The notes under the pieces are model-generated. The model saw only the letters and a list, made by a program, of their open reading frames with translations, made no database searches and had not been told where the DNA came from. 53,311 nt of DNA. Origin: a virus. Taxonomy: Duplodnaviria > Caudoviricetes. Location: positions 1 to 53,311 of IMG/VR virus record IMGVR_UViG_3300012853_000040; one strand, given 5' to 3'. Shown one piece after another: positions 1 through 9,196 of this stretch (its first letter is position 1; every line of letters begins with the position of its first letter). The translations under genes and the position numbers were made by a program.

Positions 1-243
1 AAGGTCGACAAGAAGGGCGCAAAACCGCAACCGCCCGCCGCCGAGAACGGCGCCGCCGTCGCGGTCAACAAGATCACCTACGGCAAGGCGACTGTCGCTC
101 TGGCCGGCACCATCATCCCGGCAGGTGTTCTTACCGACACGGAACGAGCGGATCTGTTCGCCCTGGGCGCCCTGCGCGAACCCACCGAGGCGGAACTGGC
201 CGTGGCCGTGGCCCAGGCCGTCGCCGCCGATCCGCTGGGCTGA
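1..243 (+). CDS. 3' part of a small head-region protein ending ...AAVAADPLG*
   Basis: Frame 1 is open from base 1 to TGA 241-243; GC3-rich codons; precedes the head-tail joining genes. Confidence 0.75.
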   Translation, partial: KVDKKGAKPQPPAAENGAAVAVNKITYGKATVALAGTIIPAGVLTDTERADLFALGALREPTEAELAVAVAQAVAADPLG

Positions 244-246
244 TCT

Positions 247-630
247 GTGAGCCGCTTGCGTGAAAACAGGCGGCGTGCGCGCGGGGACCTGCACCGAGAG
301 GCTGCAGTCCCCGCGCTTTACTTCGTCTTGCCGACGACGCGACCGGGCGTGCCGTGCGCTGCCCGTGTCTGGCCGAAGTCCGACAACCAGATGATCGGCG
401 ACTTGCCGGGCCTGCATGGCGCTGAGCGCGCCGAGCCCGAGGACCGTCTACGGTTCGACCTTTCAGATTTCCCGCCGTCCGCCAAGCCGCGCCGCCATGG
501 TGTGGTGTCGGTCGAAGCCGGCGAAGCCTATCGCATTGACCACCTCTATCCCGCGGACTTCGGCTTCCAGACGGCGCGCGTGACGCGACTCTCGGCCGAG
601 GACGCGGTGACGTATCCGGTGCCCGAATGA
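247..630 (+). CDS. Head-tail joining / head-closure protein
   Basis: 127 aa; position before tail completion gene; ATGA overlap with next gene. Confidence 0.6.
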   Translation: MSRLRENRRRARGDLHREAAVPALYFVLPTTRPGVPCAARVWPKSDNQMIGDLPGLHGAERAEPEDRLRFDLSDFPPSAKPRRHGVVSVEAGEAYRIDHLYPADFGFQTARVTRLSAEDAVTYPVPE

Positions 631-1235
631 ACGAGGCCTACGTCGTCGCGGTGGACGGCCTCTCGGCGCTGAGGACTCTCGACGAGATCCCGAACGACGT
701 GAAGCGGGCCGCCCTGCAGGCGATCAACAAGACGGTCACGCGGACCCGCGCCAGCTCGGCGCGCACCATGCGCGAGCAGGTGAACTTTCCGGCGCGCTAC
801 CTGTCCGGGCAGGACGGCCGCCTGGCGATCACGCGCAAGGCGACACAGGACAACCTGGAAGGCGAAATCACGGGGCGATTCCGCGCCACCAGTCTGGCCC
901 GGTTCGTCACGAGCGGCACGGTCGGCCGACGCACGGGCGTCCGTGTCGAGGTGGCGCCGGGGTTCGCCAAGTTCATGCGCCGAGCCTTCCTGATCCGGTT
1001 GCGCGCCGGCAGCGGCGACGTCGACACGAAGTCGAACCTCGGCCTGGCGATGCGCCTGAAGCCGGGAGAGCGCCCTGAGAACAAGAAGAAGATGGTCCAG
1101 ATGAGCAACGGCCTGTGGCTGCTCTACGGCCCGTCCGTATCGCAGGTGTTCAGGACCGTCGCAGACGACGAAGCGCCGGGCGCCGCCGACTATCTGGAGC
1201 AGGAGTTCCTGCGCCTCATGGAACTGGATCGATGA
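627..1235 (+). CDS. Tail completion / minor tail protein (lambda Z-like)
   Basis: Basic 202-aa protein with AINKT..R..(S)AR and LYGPSV.QVF motifs; synteny. Confidence 0.7.
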   Translation: MNEAYVVAVDGLSALRTLDEIPNDVKRAALQAINKTVTRTRASSARTMREQVNFPARYLSGQDGRLAITRKATQDNLEGEITGRFRATSLARFVTSGTVGRRTGVRVEVAPGFAKFMRRAFLIRLRAGSGDVDTKSNLGLAMRLKPGERPENKKKMVQMSNGLWLLYGPSVSQVFRTVADDEAPGAADYLEQEFLRLMELDR

Positions 1236-1792
1236 CCATCTATCCCGACTTGCTGCCGTTCAAGCTGCGGGTTTTGCGGGCGCTGACCGACTCGCTGAAG
1301 CAGATCACGCCGGCCAACGGCTACGTCACCGACATGGCCGACTTCAACGACAACGGCGCCCTCACGGCGCGGGTTTATCGCGGCCGGGCCTGGTTCGGCG
1401 ACGACGATCCGATCCCGATGATCAGCATTCTGGAAGGCGTGCATCCAGCGGATGAGGTCGCCGAACCGCCGGCCGACACCCCCGTGGCCGAGTATGACTG
1501 GCCGATCATGATTCAGGGGTTCGTCGATGACGATCCGCTGAACCCGACCGATCCCGCATACCTGCTGCTGGCCGACGTGCGGAAGCGCTTGGCCTGGGAG
1601 CGGAAGCGCAAGCTGCCGACCGATCCGACTGAAGCTGATCCGCTAGGTTTAGGCCTTGGGAAGAACAGGATCACCAAGCTTTCGTTCGGTGCGGGTGTGG
1701 TCCGGCCGGCGGATGATGTCTCAGCCAGGGCGTATTTCTGGCTGAGCACTACTCTACGCATTGTTGACGATGCTTCAGCAGCGAGTGCGTAA
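1232..1792 (+). CDS. Tail terminator protein
   Basis: ITPANGY..D, VYRGR..FG, P.ISILE motifs; directly upstream of tail tube; start re-called at ATG 1232 (ATGA coupling). Confidence 0.7.
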   Translation: MTIYPDLLPFKLRVLRALTDSLKQITPANGYVTDMADFNDNGALTARVYRGRAWFGDDDPIPMISILEGVHPADEVAEPPADTPVAEYDWPIMIQGFVDDDPLNPTDPAYLLLADVRKRLAWERKRKLPTDPTEADPLGLGLGKNRITKLSFGAGVVRPADDVSARAYFWLSTTLRIVDDASAASA

Positions 1793-1861
1793 CTCTTCAC
1801 CCATCTTTCTTTGAACCCGGTTTCACTATATTGGTGAACCAACCACAACGGAGTGATCCTC

Positions 1862-2635
1862 ATGGGCAATCAAACCCTCGGCCGCGGGAAGGTCTATTTC
1901 TCGCTCTTTGCCCCCGGCGGCGACGGCTTTAACCCGGAAGGGTTCCGCTACCTGGGCAACACGCCCGAGTTCAACCTGACGATCGAGAACGAAACGCTCG
2001 ATCACTTCTCCTCGGACGAAGGTATCCGCGAGAAGGACAAGTCGATCGTCCTGGAGACGACGTCGACCGGCTCGCTGGTCTGCGACGACATCAACCTGGA
2101 AAATCTGGCGCTGTTCTTCTTCGGTTCGACGTCGGTGCTCTCGCAGACCTCGGCGACCGGCACTGTCGAAACCATCGCCGACGTGAAGCCGGGCCTGATG
2201 TATCAGATCGGCCGCACCACGGAGAACCCGACCGGCGTGCGGTCGCTGTCGAACGTCGTCGTCAAGGTCGCGTCGACCACGAAGGCGGCAGGCACCGACT
2301 ACACGGTGGACGTCGAACTGGGCCTGATCACGATCGTCAAGGGCGGCACCATCGCCAGCGGCGACGACATCGAAGTCACCTATGACCGCGCCGCCAAGAA
2401 CCGGACGCAGGTGATCTCGGGCACCGACCAGGTCAAGGGCGCGCTGCTGTACGTCTCGACCAACCCCGAAGGCGACAAGATGGACTACCTGATGTCCTCT
2501 GTCCGCCTGTCCCCGAACGGCGACTTCGCCCTGAAGTCGGACGAGTGGCAGCAACTCCCGCTGAACGTCGAGATCCTGAAGGCTCCGGGCAAGGAGCGGA
2601 TCTACATCGACGGCCGCCCCTTCACCGCGTCGTAA
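1862..2635 (+). CDS. Major tail tube protein
   Basis: LGRGKVYF, RYLGNTPEFNLTIE.E.LDH.SSD.G motifs; GGAG SD at ~1850. Confidence 0.88.
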   Translation: MGNQTLGRGKVYFSLFAPGGDGFNPEGFRYLGNTPEFNLTIENETLDHFSSDEGIREKDKSIVLETTSTGSLVCDDINLENLALFFFGSTSVLSQTSATGTVETIADVKPGLMYQIGRTTENPTGVRSLSNVVVKVASTTKAAGTDYTVDVELGLITIVKGGTIASGDDIEVTYDRAAKNRTQVISGTDQVKGALLYVSTNPEGDKMDYLMSSVRLSPNGDFALKSDEWQQLPLNVEILKAPGKERIYIDGRPFTAS

Positions 2636-2652
2636 CGAGGAAGGGCTGACCA

Positions 2653-3111
2653 ATGGGACCGTTTAATCTGGTCATCCCGACCGAAAAGGTTGAGGTCGCG
2701 GGCGGTGAACCGATCACCGTCCGCGGCCTCTCGCCGAACGACGGGCTGCAGCTTTACTATCGCCACTCCGGGCAACTGTCGGCGCTTTTCGATCAGTTCG
2801 CCGGCAAGGTGAAGTCCAAAGAACCCGTCGCCGAGTCCGACGTGATCCAGGCCGGCGTGACGATGGTGAGCGGTGCGCCGCTGATCATGGCCGAGATCAT
2901 CGCCCTGGCCATCGGCGCCAAGACCGACGACATCGAAGGGTTCGCCGAGATCGTGTCGAAGCTGATCGACTCGCCTGCAGGGTTCCAGATGGACGCCCTG
3001 CAGAAGATCGGGAAGCTGACCTTCTCCTCGGACATGCCGCCGGGAAAGTTCTTCGGCCTCGTGCTGGCGATGGCGCAAAGCGCGACGGCCGCTCTGAACC
3101 AGAAAGCCTGA
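2653..3111 (+). CDS. Tail assembly chaperone (G-like)
   Basis: Between tail tube and tape measure; VRGLS motif; in-frame slippery G GGA AAG at 3042-3048. Confidence 0.85.
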   Translation: MGPFNLVIPTEKVEVAGGEPITVRGLSPNDGLQLYYRHSGQLSALFDQFAGKVKSKEPVAESDVIQAGVTMVSGAPLIMAEIIALAIGAKTDDIEGFAEIVSKLIDSPAGFQMDALQKIGKLTFSSDMPPGKFFGLVLAMAQSATAALNQKA

Positions 3112-3359
3112 AAGCCTGGCTGTGGGACATCCGCCGCCAGGTGAACCTGCTTCTCTCCAGCGGTCACCCCAACGCCGACAACTACCCCATCGGCCGGGTC
3201 TTCGACGAGACCCGGCTGCTGGTGGACCGGCGCAACGGTGAGATGGCGACCCTCGGCGTGCTGATCCAGGCCGCCACGATGACGACCGGCATGGGGGCCA
3301 ACCGGAAGTCAATCGATCACTTCAAGAAGATCATCAAGGGACTGAGCGGAGATACCTAG
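3042..3359 (+). CDS. -1 frameshift extension of tail chaperone (GT-like)
   Basis: -1 frame from GGGAAAG is stop-free and joins ORF 3141-3359. Confidence 0.8.
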   Translation, partial: GKVLRPRAGDGAKRDGRSEPESLKAWLWDIRRQVNLLLSSGHPNADNYPIGRVFDETRLLVDRRNGEMATLGVLIQAATMTTGMGANRKSIDHFKKIIKGLSGDT

Positions 3360-3360
3360 A

Positions 3361-6300
3361 ATGGCCACCAACCGCCGCGACGTCAGCCTCGTAATCCGCG
3401 CCAAGGACGAAGCGGCGAAGGCGTTCGAGTCGGCGGCTCAGGCCCTTCAGAACCTGCTGAGCGTCAACAACGCCGTGGGCGCGTCGGCCACCAAGACGGG
3501 CGATCGGCTTGGTGAACTCGCCGCCCTCGCGCTGACTCTAGACAAGGCCTACGCGAAAATCAGCGGTTCCGCTGACAATGCCGCAGCGGCGTTCGCACGT
3601 CAGCAGGCGTCGATCAATGAATCGAAGTCGCAACTCGCCGCCCTGGAAGGGCAGGCCAGCGCGGCGGCCGCCGCCATCGCCCGGCTGAAATCCGCCGACG
3701 CCATCGTGGATGCCGGCCGAGACCAAAGTGGGCGGATCGCCCAGCTTCAGTTCCTGACCGAGCAGTACGAGCGCCTGCAGGGGCAGCAGAACAAGCTGCG
3801 GACCAGCATCGTCGCCCAAGAAGCGGCTCTGGACGGCCAGCGCAACAGCCTGCAGCAGATCGGTTCGACGGCGCTGGCCGCTGAGGCGGCGCAGGAGCGC
3901 CTGCGTGTCCAGATCGAAAAGGAGACCCGCGCCCTCCAGATCCAGACCGCGGCGGCCGAAAAGAACGCCCGCGTTCTGGCGACGATCGAGCGAGCGACGG
4001 GGGTCACCCGTGATCGTACGGACCTGGACGGGCTGAACCAGCAGATCCAGGCCGAACAGGCGCTGATCGACAAACTGAAGGCCGAACAGGCGGCGCAGCT
4101 CGAACTGCTGCAAATCGAGGAGGCCCGCAAACGCGCGGCCACCTTGCTGCCCGGCTCCGCGAACAGCGGAAAGTCGGCTCGCGATTCCGCGGCTGTGTTC
4201 ATGGAGGAGGATCGCCGCGCCGCCCAGGCGCTGGAAGGTCAACTCAAGGAGACCGCGGCGGCCGAGCGCCAGATGGCCGACGCCACCGATCGCCTGCGGT
4301 CGTCCATCAATCCGATGGCCGCCATCCAGGACCGGTTGAATCAGGAACTCATCGAGGCGGAACGACTGTTCAAGGCCGGGCGCATCTCGGCGCGCGAGTA
4401 CGACGCCGCCGTCAGCCTTCTGAAAAACAACGCCAAGCAGGCCGGTGAGGCGATCAACAACGGCAAGCCGGCGCTGTTCGGCCTCACGCCGTATGCCGTC
4501 ACGAACCTGGGCTATCAGATCAACGACGTCGTGACGCAACTCGCGTCGGGCACGTCGTTGGCCCAGACACTGGCGCAGCAAGGCGGCCAGATCATCCAGA
4601 TCTTCCCGCGTGCCGGCGCGGCCATCATCGCGGCCTTCTCGAACCCCGTGATTCTGGCCACCGTCGCGGCGGTCGGCGCCCTGGTGCTGGGCATCAGGGA
4701 GGCTGCGGACCAGGCCGCCCGGCTGCGCGAGTTCGAGGGCGCGCTGACGGCGAGTGGGACGGCCGCCGCCTACCAGGCTACCGAGTTGGCCGAGGTCGCC
4801 GAGGCGCTGGATCGCTATGGCCTGTCGGCCAAGGAGGCGATCAGCGTCGTCCGCACCTTCGTCAAGGAGGGCATCAACCCGGACCTGTTGATCGAGTTCG
4901 GCCAGGCGGCCCGCGACATGGCCGACGCGCTGGGCGTGGATGTTCCTGACGCGGCCAAGCAACTGGCCGCCGCGTTCACGGGCGGCTACGACGCAATCAA
5001 GCGGCTCCAGGACGTCACTGGCGCCTATACCGAAGATGAACTGGTGCTGATCCGCACCCTGTTCGAGGAAGGTCGCGCCCACGAAGCCCGCGCGCGGGCC
5101 TTCGACATCTACTCGCGTCGCATGGACGAGGGCGCCGCCAAAGCGCGCGGTCCCTGGACTGAGGCGATGCGGTCCGTCGACACGGTGTGGCAGTCGTTCC
5201 TCGACAACCTGGCCCACCTCGCCCCGATCCGCGGCGCTATCCACGCCCTGAATCAGTTGGCCGCGGCGGTCAGCGGGGTCGGAGACGCTGCGAGCAACGG
5301 CGCCCGCATCGACGAGATCAACCGCGAGGTCGCGCGCCTTCAGCAGGGGATCGATCGGCTTAACGCACCCACTGCGAACACCACAGACTGGTTCCGGGAC
5401 AACCAGATCAAGGGCGCCACTGCAGAGATTCAGCGCCTGGTCGCCGAGCGCGAGAAGCTGGTCGAGCAGAACAAGCGGCTGGCCGCGACCGATCCGCTGG
5501 GCGACGGCGGCGCGGCGGCCATCCGCCGGAACGAACGCCTGGCCGAGATCGCCCTGGAGGAGCGCCGGGCGAACCTGGAGAAGCTGACCGGCGAGCAGCG
5601 GGTTGCTGAGGCCGGCCAACTCGCGTTCGAGAAGGAGATGCTGGAGTCCGGCGACCAGGTGCTCGCTCAGGCGGAACGCAACCTGGCGGTGGCACGCGAG
5701 CGGGAGAAGGTCGAACGCGACACGGTCCGCCAGATCCGTGAGCAACGCCAGGAGCAGGAGCGCCAACGCCGCGAGTGGTCGGCCGACATCGCCGACAACG
5801 GGCGTGAGAGTCTGGTGTCGACGGCTCAGCGCTTCTCGGGGATGAACGAGACGTCGAACCGCGGCGACCTGATGTCGTTCTTCCGACAGAACGGCATCGA
5901 CGTCGATCCGAAGATGACCGCCTGGTGTGCGGCCTTCGTCAACGCGGTGCTGGGCACGAACGGTCTGCCGGGCACCGGGTCGCTGATGGCGCGCTCGTTC
6001 CTGAACTACGGGCAGGATGCGACGAACAACCCGCAGAATGGCGACATCGTCGTCCTTCGTCGCGGGGACAACGCCGCCCAGGGGCATGTCGGCTTCTTCC
6101 AAGGCTACGATGAACGGGGGAATGTCCGCGTGCTGGGCGGCAACCAGCGCGATGGCGTCAACACCCAGTCGTTCGGCCGGGATGACGTGCTGGGCATTCG
6201 GCGCGCGCCCTCGACCGGCCAGGTGGCCACCCAGCAGGCCCGCGATCTGGACCAGCTTCTTCAGCGCCAGCAGCAGTTCAACGAGGCGCTGGATCGGCAG

Positions 6301-7440
6301 ATCGAGACGCGGCAGCAGGACACCAACCAGCTTCGAGATCAACTGGGCCTGACCGGCGAGGCGTTGATCGCCAAGCAGCGCGAGCAGGCGATCGACGACG
6401 CCATCCTGAAGGCGAGGCAGGACGCTGGTAAGGCCGGCGTCGATACCGAATCGGCAGGATTCAAGCAGCGGCTCGAACTGATCCGGCAGACCGAGGGGGC
6501 CTACTTCGATCTGTCGAAGGCCCGCGACATCGCGAACGCGCGTCGCGACGGCGCCGAAACGTCGGTCGACGAACTTTCCGCCCAGCGGGACGCCTTGATG
6601 GAGCGCATCCGCTTTTACGAGGAGCAGGGCAACTCGGCCGGGGCCGACCAGGTGCGAGCGCAGCTCGACACGGTCAACACCGCTCTGGATGAGGCGATCA
6701 CCAAGGCGCTGGCCTTCTGGGAGGCCATGGCGGGATCGCCTGAGCAGATGGCCGCCTTGGGCCTGACCGCGCAGCAGATCGACACGATCAAGCTGAAGCT
6801 GGAGGCGTCGCGTCCAGCGGCCGAGAACCTGGGCCGTCAGTTCCTGATGACCGGGCAGCAGATCAACCAGAGCTTCGCCCAAAGCGCAGTCTCCGCATTC
6901 GACCGTCTCGCCCAGGCCGTGGCTCAGGGGCAGAACGTGCTGTCGTCGCTGCGGGACGCCTTCTTGCAGTTCGCCGCAGACTTCCTGCGCCAGATCGCCC
7001 AGATGATCATCCAGCAGGCCATCTTCAACGCGATCGGCGGTTCCACGGCCGGCGGAAGCGGTGGCTTCGGGGGATTCATCTCTGGGCTGTTCGGTGGCAT
7101 GTTCCACGAAGGCGGTGTGGTCGGAGAGGGCGGGACGCCCCGCCTCGTCGATCCGTCGTGGTTCAACAGCGCTCTGCGCTATCACACGGGCGGCGTCGTC
7201 GGTCTGCGGCCGAACGAAATGCCGGCGGTGCTGGAGCGCGGTGAAGAAGTCCTGACGGCCGACGACCCGCGCCACGTCAACAACGGTGGCGCGGGCGGAG
7301 GGGCGACGAACATCCGCAACGTGGTGGTGTTCGACCCGGCAGAGGCGCTGAAGGCGGCGCTGGGCACCAAGGTCGGCGAGAAAGCGTTCTTCACCTTCGT
7401 TCGTGAGAACAAGGGCGCCTTCCAGGCGGCAGTGGGCTGA
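3361..7440 (+). CDS. Tape measure protein with internal NlpC/P60-like (TIGR02594-type) peptidase domain
   Basis: 1359 aa, Ala/Gln-rich coiled coil; NLGYQINDVVTQLASG..QQGGQI lambdoid TMP motif; WCAAFVN..GHVGF..LGGNQ at ~5920-6150; FH.GG..G..P.E.PAVL.RGEEV C-terminus. Confidence 0.93.
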   Translation: MATNRRDVSLVIRAKDEAAKAFESAAQALQNLLSVNNAVGASATKTGDRLGELAALALTLDKAYAKISGSADNAAAAFARQQASINESKSQLAALEGQASAAAAAIARLKSADAIVDAGRDQSGRIAQLQFLTEQYERLQGQQNKLRTSIVAQEAALDGQRNSLQQIGSTALAAEAAQERLRVQIEKETRALQIQTAAAEKNARVLATIERATGVTRDRTDLDGLNQQIQAEQALIDKLKAEQAAQLELLQIEEARKRAATLLPGSANSGKSARDSAAVFMEEDRRAAQALEGQLKETAAAERQMADATDRLRSSINPMAAIQDRLNQELIEAERLFKAGRISAREYDAAVSLLKNNAKQAGEAINNGKPALFGLTPYAVTNLGYQINDVVTQLASGTSLAQTLAQQGGQIIQIFPRAGAAIIAAFSNPVILATVAAVGALVLGIREAADQAARLREFEGALTASGTAAAYQATELAEVAEALDRYGLSAKEAISVVRTFVKEGINPDLLIEFGQAARDMADALGVDVPDAAKQLAAAFTGGYDAIKRLQDVTGAYTEDELVLIRTLFEEGRAHEARARAFDIYSRRMDEGAAKARGPWTEAMRSVDTVWQSFLDNLAHLAPIRGAIHALNQLAAAVSGVGDAASNGARIDEINREVARLQQGIDRLNAPTANTTDWFRDNQIKGATAEIQRLVAEREKLVEQNKRLAATDPLGDGGAAAIRRNERLAEIALEERRANLEKLTGEQRVAEAGQLAFEKEMLESGDQVLAQAERNLAVAREREKVERDTVRQIREQRQEQERQRREWSADIADNGRESLVSTAQRFSGMNETSNRGDLMSFFRQNGIDVDPKMTAWCAAFVNAVLGTNGLPGTGSLMARSFLNYGQDATNNPQNGDIVVLRRGDNAAQGHVGFFQGYDERGNVRVLGGNQRDGVNTQSFGRDDVLGIRRAPSTGQVATQQARDLDQLLQRQQQFNEALDRQIETRQQDTNQLRDQLGLTGEALIAKQREQAIDDAILKARQDAGKAGVDTESAGFKQRLELIRQTEGAYFDLSKARDIANARRDGAETSVDELSAQRDALMERIRFYEEQGNSAGADQVRAQLDTVNTALDEAITKALAFWEAMAGSPEQMAALGLTAQQIDTIKLKLEASRPAAENLGRQFLMTGQQINQSFAQSAVSAFDRLAQAVAQGQNVLSSLRDAFLQFAADFLRQIAQMIIQQAIFNAIGGSTAGGSGGFGGFISGLFGGMFHEGGVVGEGGTPRLVDPSWFNSALRYHTGGVVGLRPNEMPAVLERGEEVLTADDPRHVNNGGAGGGATNIRNVVVFDPAEALKAALGTKVGEKAFFTFVRENKGAFQAAVG

Positions 7441-7443
7441 CGC

Positions 7444-7656
7444 TCACTGCCGCCGCAGGTTCGCCACGGCCTCGGGCGCCCAGCGCTTCGCCCGGCCGCC
7501 GTTCACGCTGACGACGATTTGTCCGTCCCCGTCGATGCGGATGATATCGACGGGGATCTTGCTGAACCGGTTCGCACCGACGCGCTGGCGCTGGTAGAGA
7601 CGGTCGCCGGCCTTGGGGGAAGGGTTGGTCATGATCAGGCCAGGGATAGTTCGCAC
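7444..7656 (-). CDS. Small hypothetical protein (accessory cassette 1)
   Basis: Overlaps the stop of the upstream minus-strand ORF; true start uncertain. Confidence 0.5.
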   Translation of the reverse strand: MRTIPGLIMTNPSPKAGDRLYQRQRVGANRFSKIPVDIIRIDGDGQIVVSVNGGRAKRWAPEAVANLRRQ

Positions 7657-8468
7657 TTGGCGAAGGTCCGGGCGACGCCGTAGTCCATGCGGACCTGGAC
7701 GCTGCCGTCATCGTCGATGAACCGAACGACGCCCTGTTTCGAGGTGTTCTCGTCAGCCTCGTATTCGGGCGTCAGAACTCGGTCGCCCACTCGTAGGGGC
7801 GCCGGATCATGGGCTACGATGTCCTCGGCCCGGATATCTTGGGGAATACCCCAGGAGCCGCCGCCGAGATCAATCGCCACACCGCGCACCAGCACCGTGT
7901 CGCCCGGCTTCACGTCATCCGCGCGCACGGGGCGCAGGTCGCGGGCGATGTCGGCGATGGTGCGGACGGGACGTACCGCCTGGAAGCCCCAGTGCGGGGT
8001 CGAGGCGTAGGCGAAGTCCGTGCCGGCGTAGGTCGTGATGGGGGCTTCCGGGCGGTGCACCAATCGGAGAAGGGGCGTGACCAGCTCTGCGCTCGGGTGC
8101 GCGCTACGCGGAAGACCCAGGCTGTCGGTGAAGGCCGGCGATGGTGCGGAGCGATTGTCCAGAACATAATGTTCACCCATGCGGATCGCGCCGTTCAGCC
8201 CATCCCTGACCCCTTCAAGCACGTCGCCGGGCTGGAAGGTCACCGGGTCTCCGGAGCGTGCGATCAGGGCGTGGTGCGAGGCGGGAGCCCATGTCTTAGT
8301 GCCGTCGCGCCCAACGTAGAAAATCGAGCCACGGGCGGCATGGCGCACGAAACGCTCAATCGTGGTGACAACATCACCGATGTCGCGGACGCCGCTGATC
8401 GGAAGGCGAACCCGCCTCACCACATCCCCGACGCGCGACGCTTCGCCGCTCGCATACATAATGCTCAT
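7635..8468 (-). CDS. Hypothetical protein with repeated KOW/SH3-like modules
   Basis: Repeated (R/K/Q)(V/P)GD.V motifs; GAGG SD upstream. Confidence 0.6.
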   Translation of the reverse strand: MSIMYASGEASRVGDVVRRVRLPISGVRDIGDVVTTIERFVRHAARGSIFYVGRDGTKTWAPASHHALIARSGDPVTFQPGDVLEGVRDGLNGAIRMGEHYVLDNRSAPSPAFTDSLGLPRSAHPSAELVTPLLRLVHRPEAPITTYAGTDFAYASTPHWGFQAVRPVRTIADIARDLRPVRADDVKPGDTVLVRGVAIDLGGGSWGIPQDIRAEDIVAHDPAPLRVGDRVLTPEYEADENTSKQGVVRFIDDDGSVQVRMDYGVARTFAKCELSLA

Positions 8469-8533
8469 CGCAACCTCGTCTCTCTGACAGGCGGTGGAAG
8501 AAGGGGCGGAGCCTAAGCCCCGCCCGCGGTCGG

Positions 8534-9052
8534 TCAGGCTTCGTCTTCGACGACGCCGCCCAGCTTCACGATGTCCGCCTTGATCGAGTCGACCTCAGCC
8601 TGGGCCGCGGCGGCGCAGGTCTTCTGGTGCTCCAGTTCAGCGCGTGCGTCGGTCAGTTGCTGCTCCAGATCCGCGATCTCATACTGGCTGTCTTTGATGT
8701 CGCCCTCGTAACGCCCCACCGAGCCCTGGCGGTCGGTCAGCAGTTTACGGAGCACGGCAACGGCCGGCGTATCGGGTTGCGGCTGCGGTTCGGGGGTCGG
8801 CGCCGGGCGTTCGGGTTCGACGAACATCGGGATAACGGGTGATGCGAAGCGCGCCGACGACCAGGGTTCGCCGAAGTCGAAGGTCGGGAGGTAGTGAATG
8901 CGCGGACGTGCGAACATTTTCCCGTACACGCCGTTGTTCAGGATAGTGTCGCCCAGCTTCTGCTCGAAGGTCTTGCCCGACTGACGGGCAGACGTCGCTG
9001 CCGACTCCGTGCCGCCGCCGAACTTCAGTTCGATCATCACATCTTTGCTCAT
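8534..9052 (-). CDS. Hypothetical protein with C-terminal coiled coil
   Basis: Start re-called at ATG 9052 (AAGGA/GGGA upstream); lies downstream of leftward promoter 9106-9134. Confidence 0.6.
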   Translation of the reverse strand: MSKDVMIELKFGGGTESAATSARQSGKTFEQKLGDTILNNGVYGKMFARPRIHYLPTFDFGEPWSSARFASPVIPMFVEPERPAPTPEPQPQPDTPAVAVLRKLLTDRQGSVGRYEGDIKDSQYEIADLEQQLTDARAELEHQKTCAAAAQAEVDSIKADIVKLGGVVEDEA

Positions 9053-9092
9053 AGTCCCAGTCCTTGGTCTCGCCACACAGTGTGACGTTGTT

Positions 9093-9145
9093 TCAACTGA
9101 ATGTTGATCTAAGGGCGGTCGCTTTCGCTGTCAACCAAATAGTGA
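9093..9145 (-). promoter_or_regulatory. Leftward sigma70-type promoter flanked by two operator motifs
   Basis: Minus strand TTGACA-17 bp-TAGATC; TCAACTGAATGTTGA at 9093-9107 and TCAACCAAATAGTGA at 9131-9145. Confidence 0.7.
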
Positions 9146-9196
9146 TACGACAACCGGCATGGTCTTCAGCATCACCGCACCCCCTGAAGGTTCCCC

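Noticed and set aside
1620-5500. Internal DPLG in the tail terminator (EADPLGLG) and tape measure (TDPLGDG) as tag copies
   Set aside because: A 4-residue internal match is plausible by chance; not counted. Near-terminal DPLSGVV (28891), DPLAPF (24846) and DPFVYG (39130) were also left out as weak
3538-7275. 1245-aa antisense ORF, and similar long shadow ORFs (1826-2653, 22853-24205, 36250-37590, 41850-43013, 49797-51590)
   Set aside because: They mirror well-supported genes on the opposite strand, are expected in high-GC3 DNA and show no motifs
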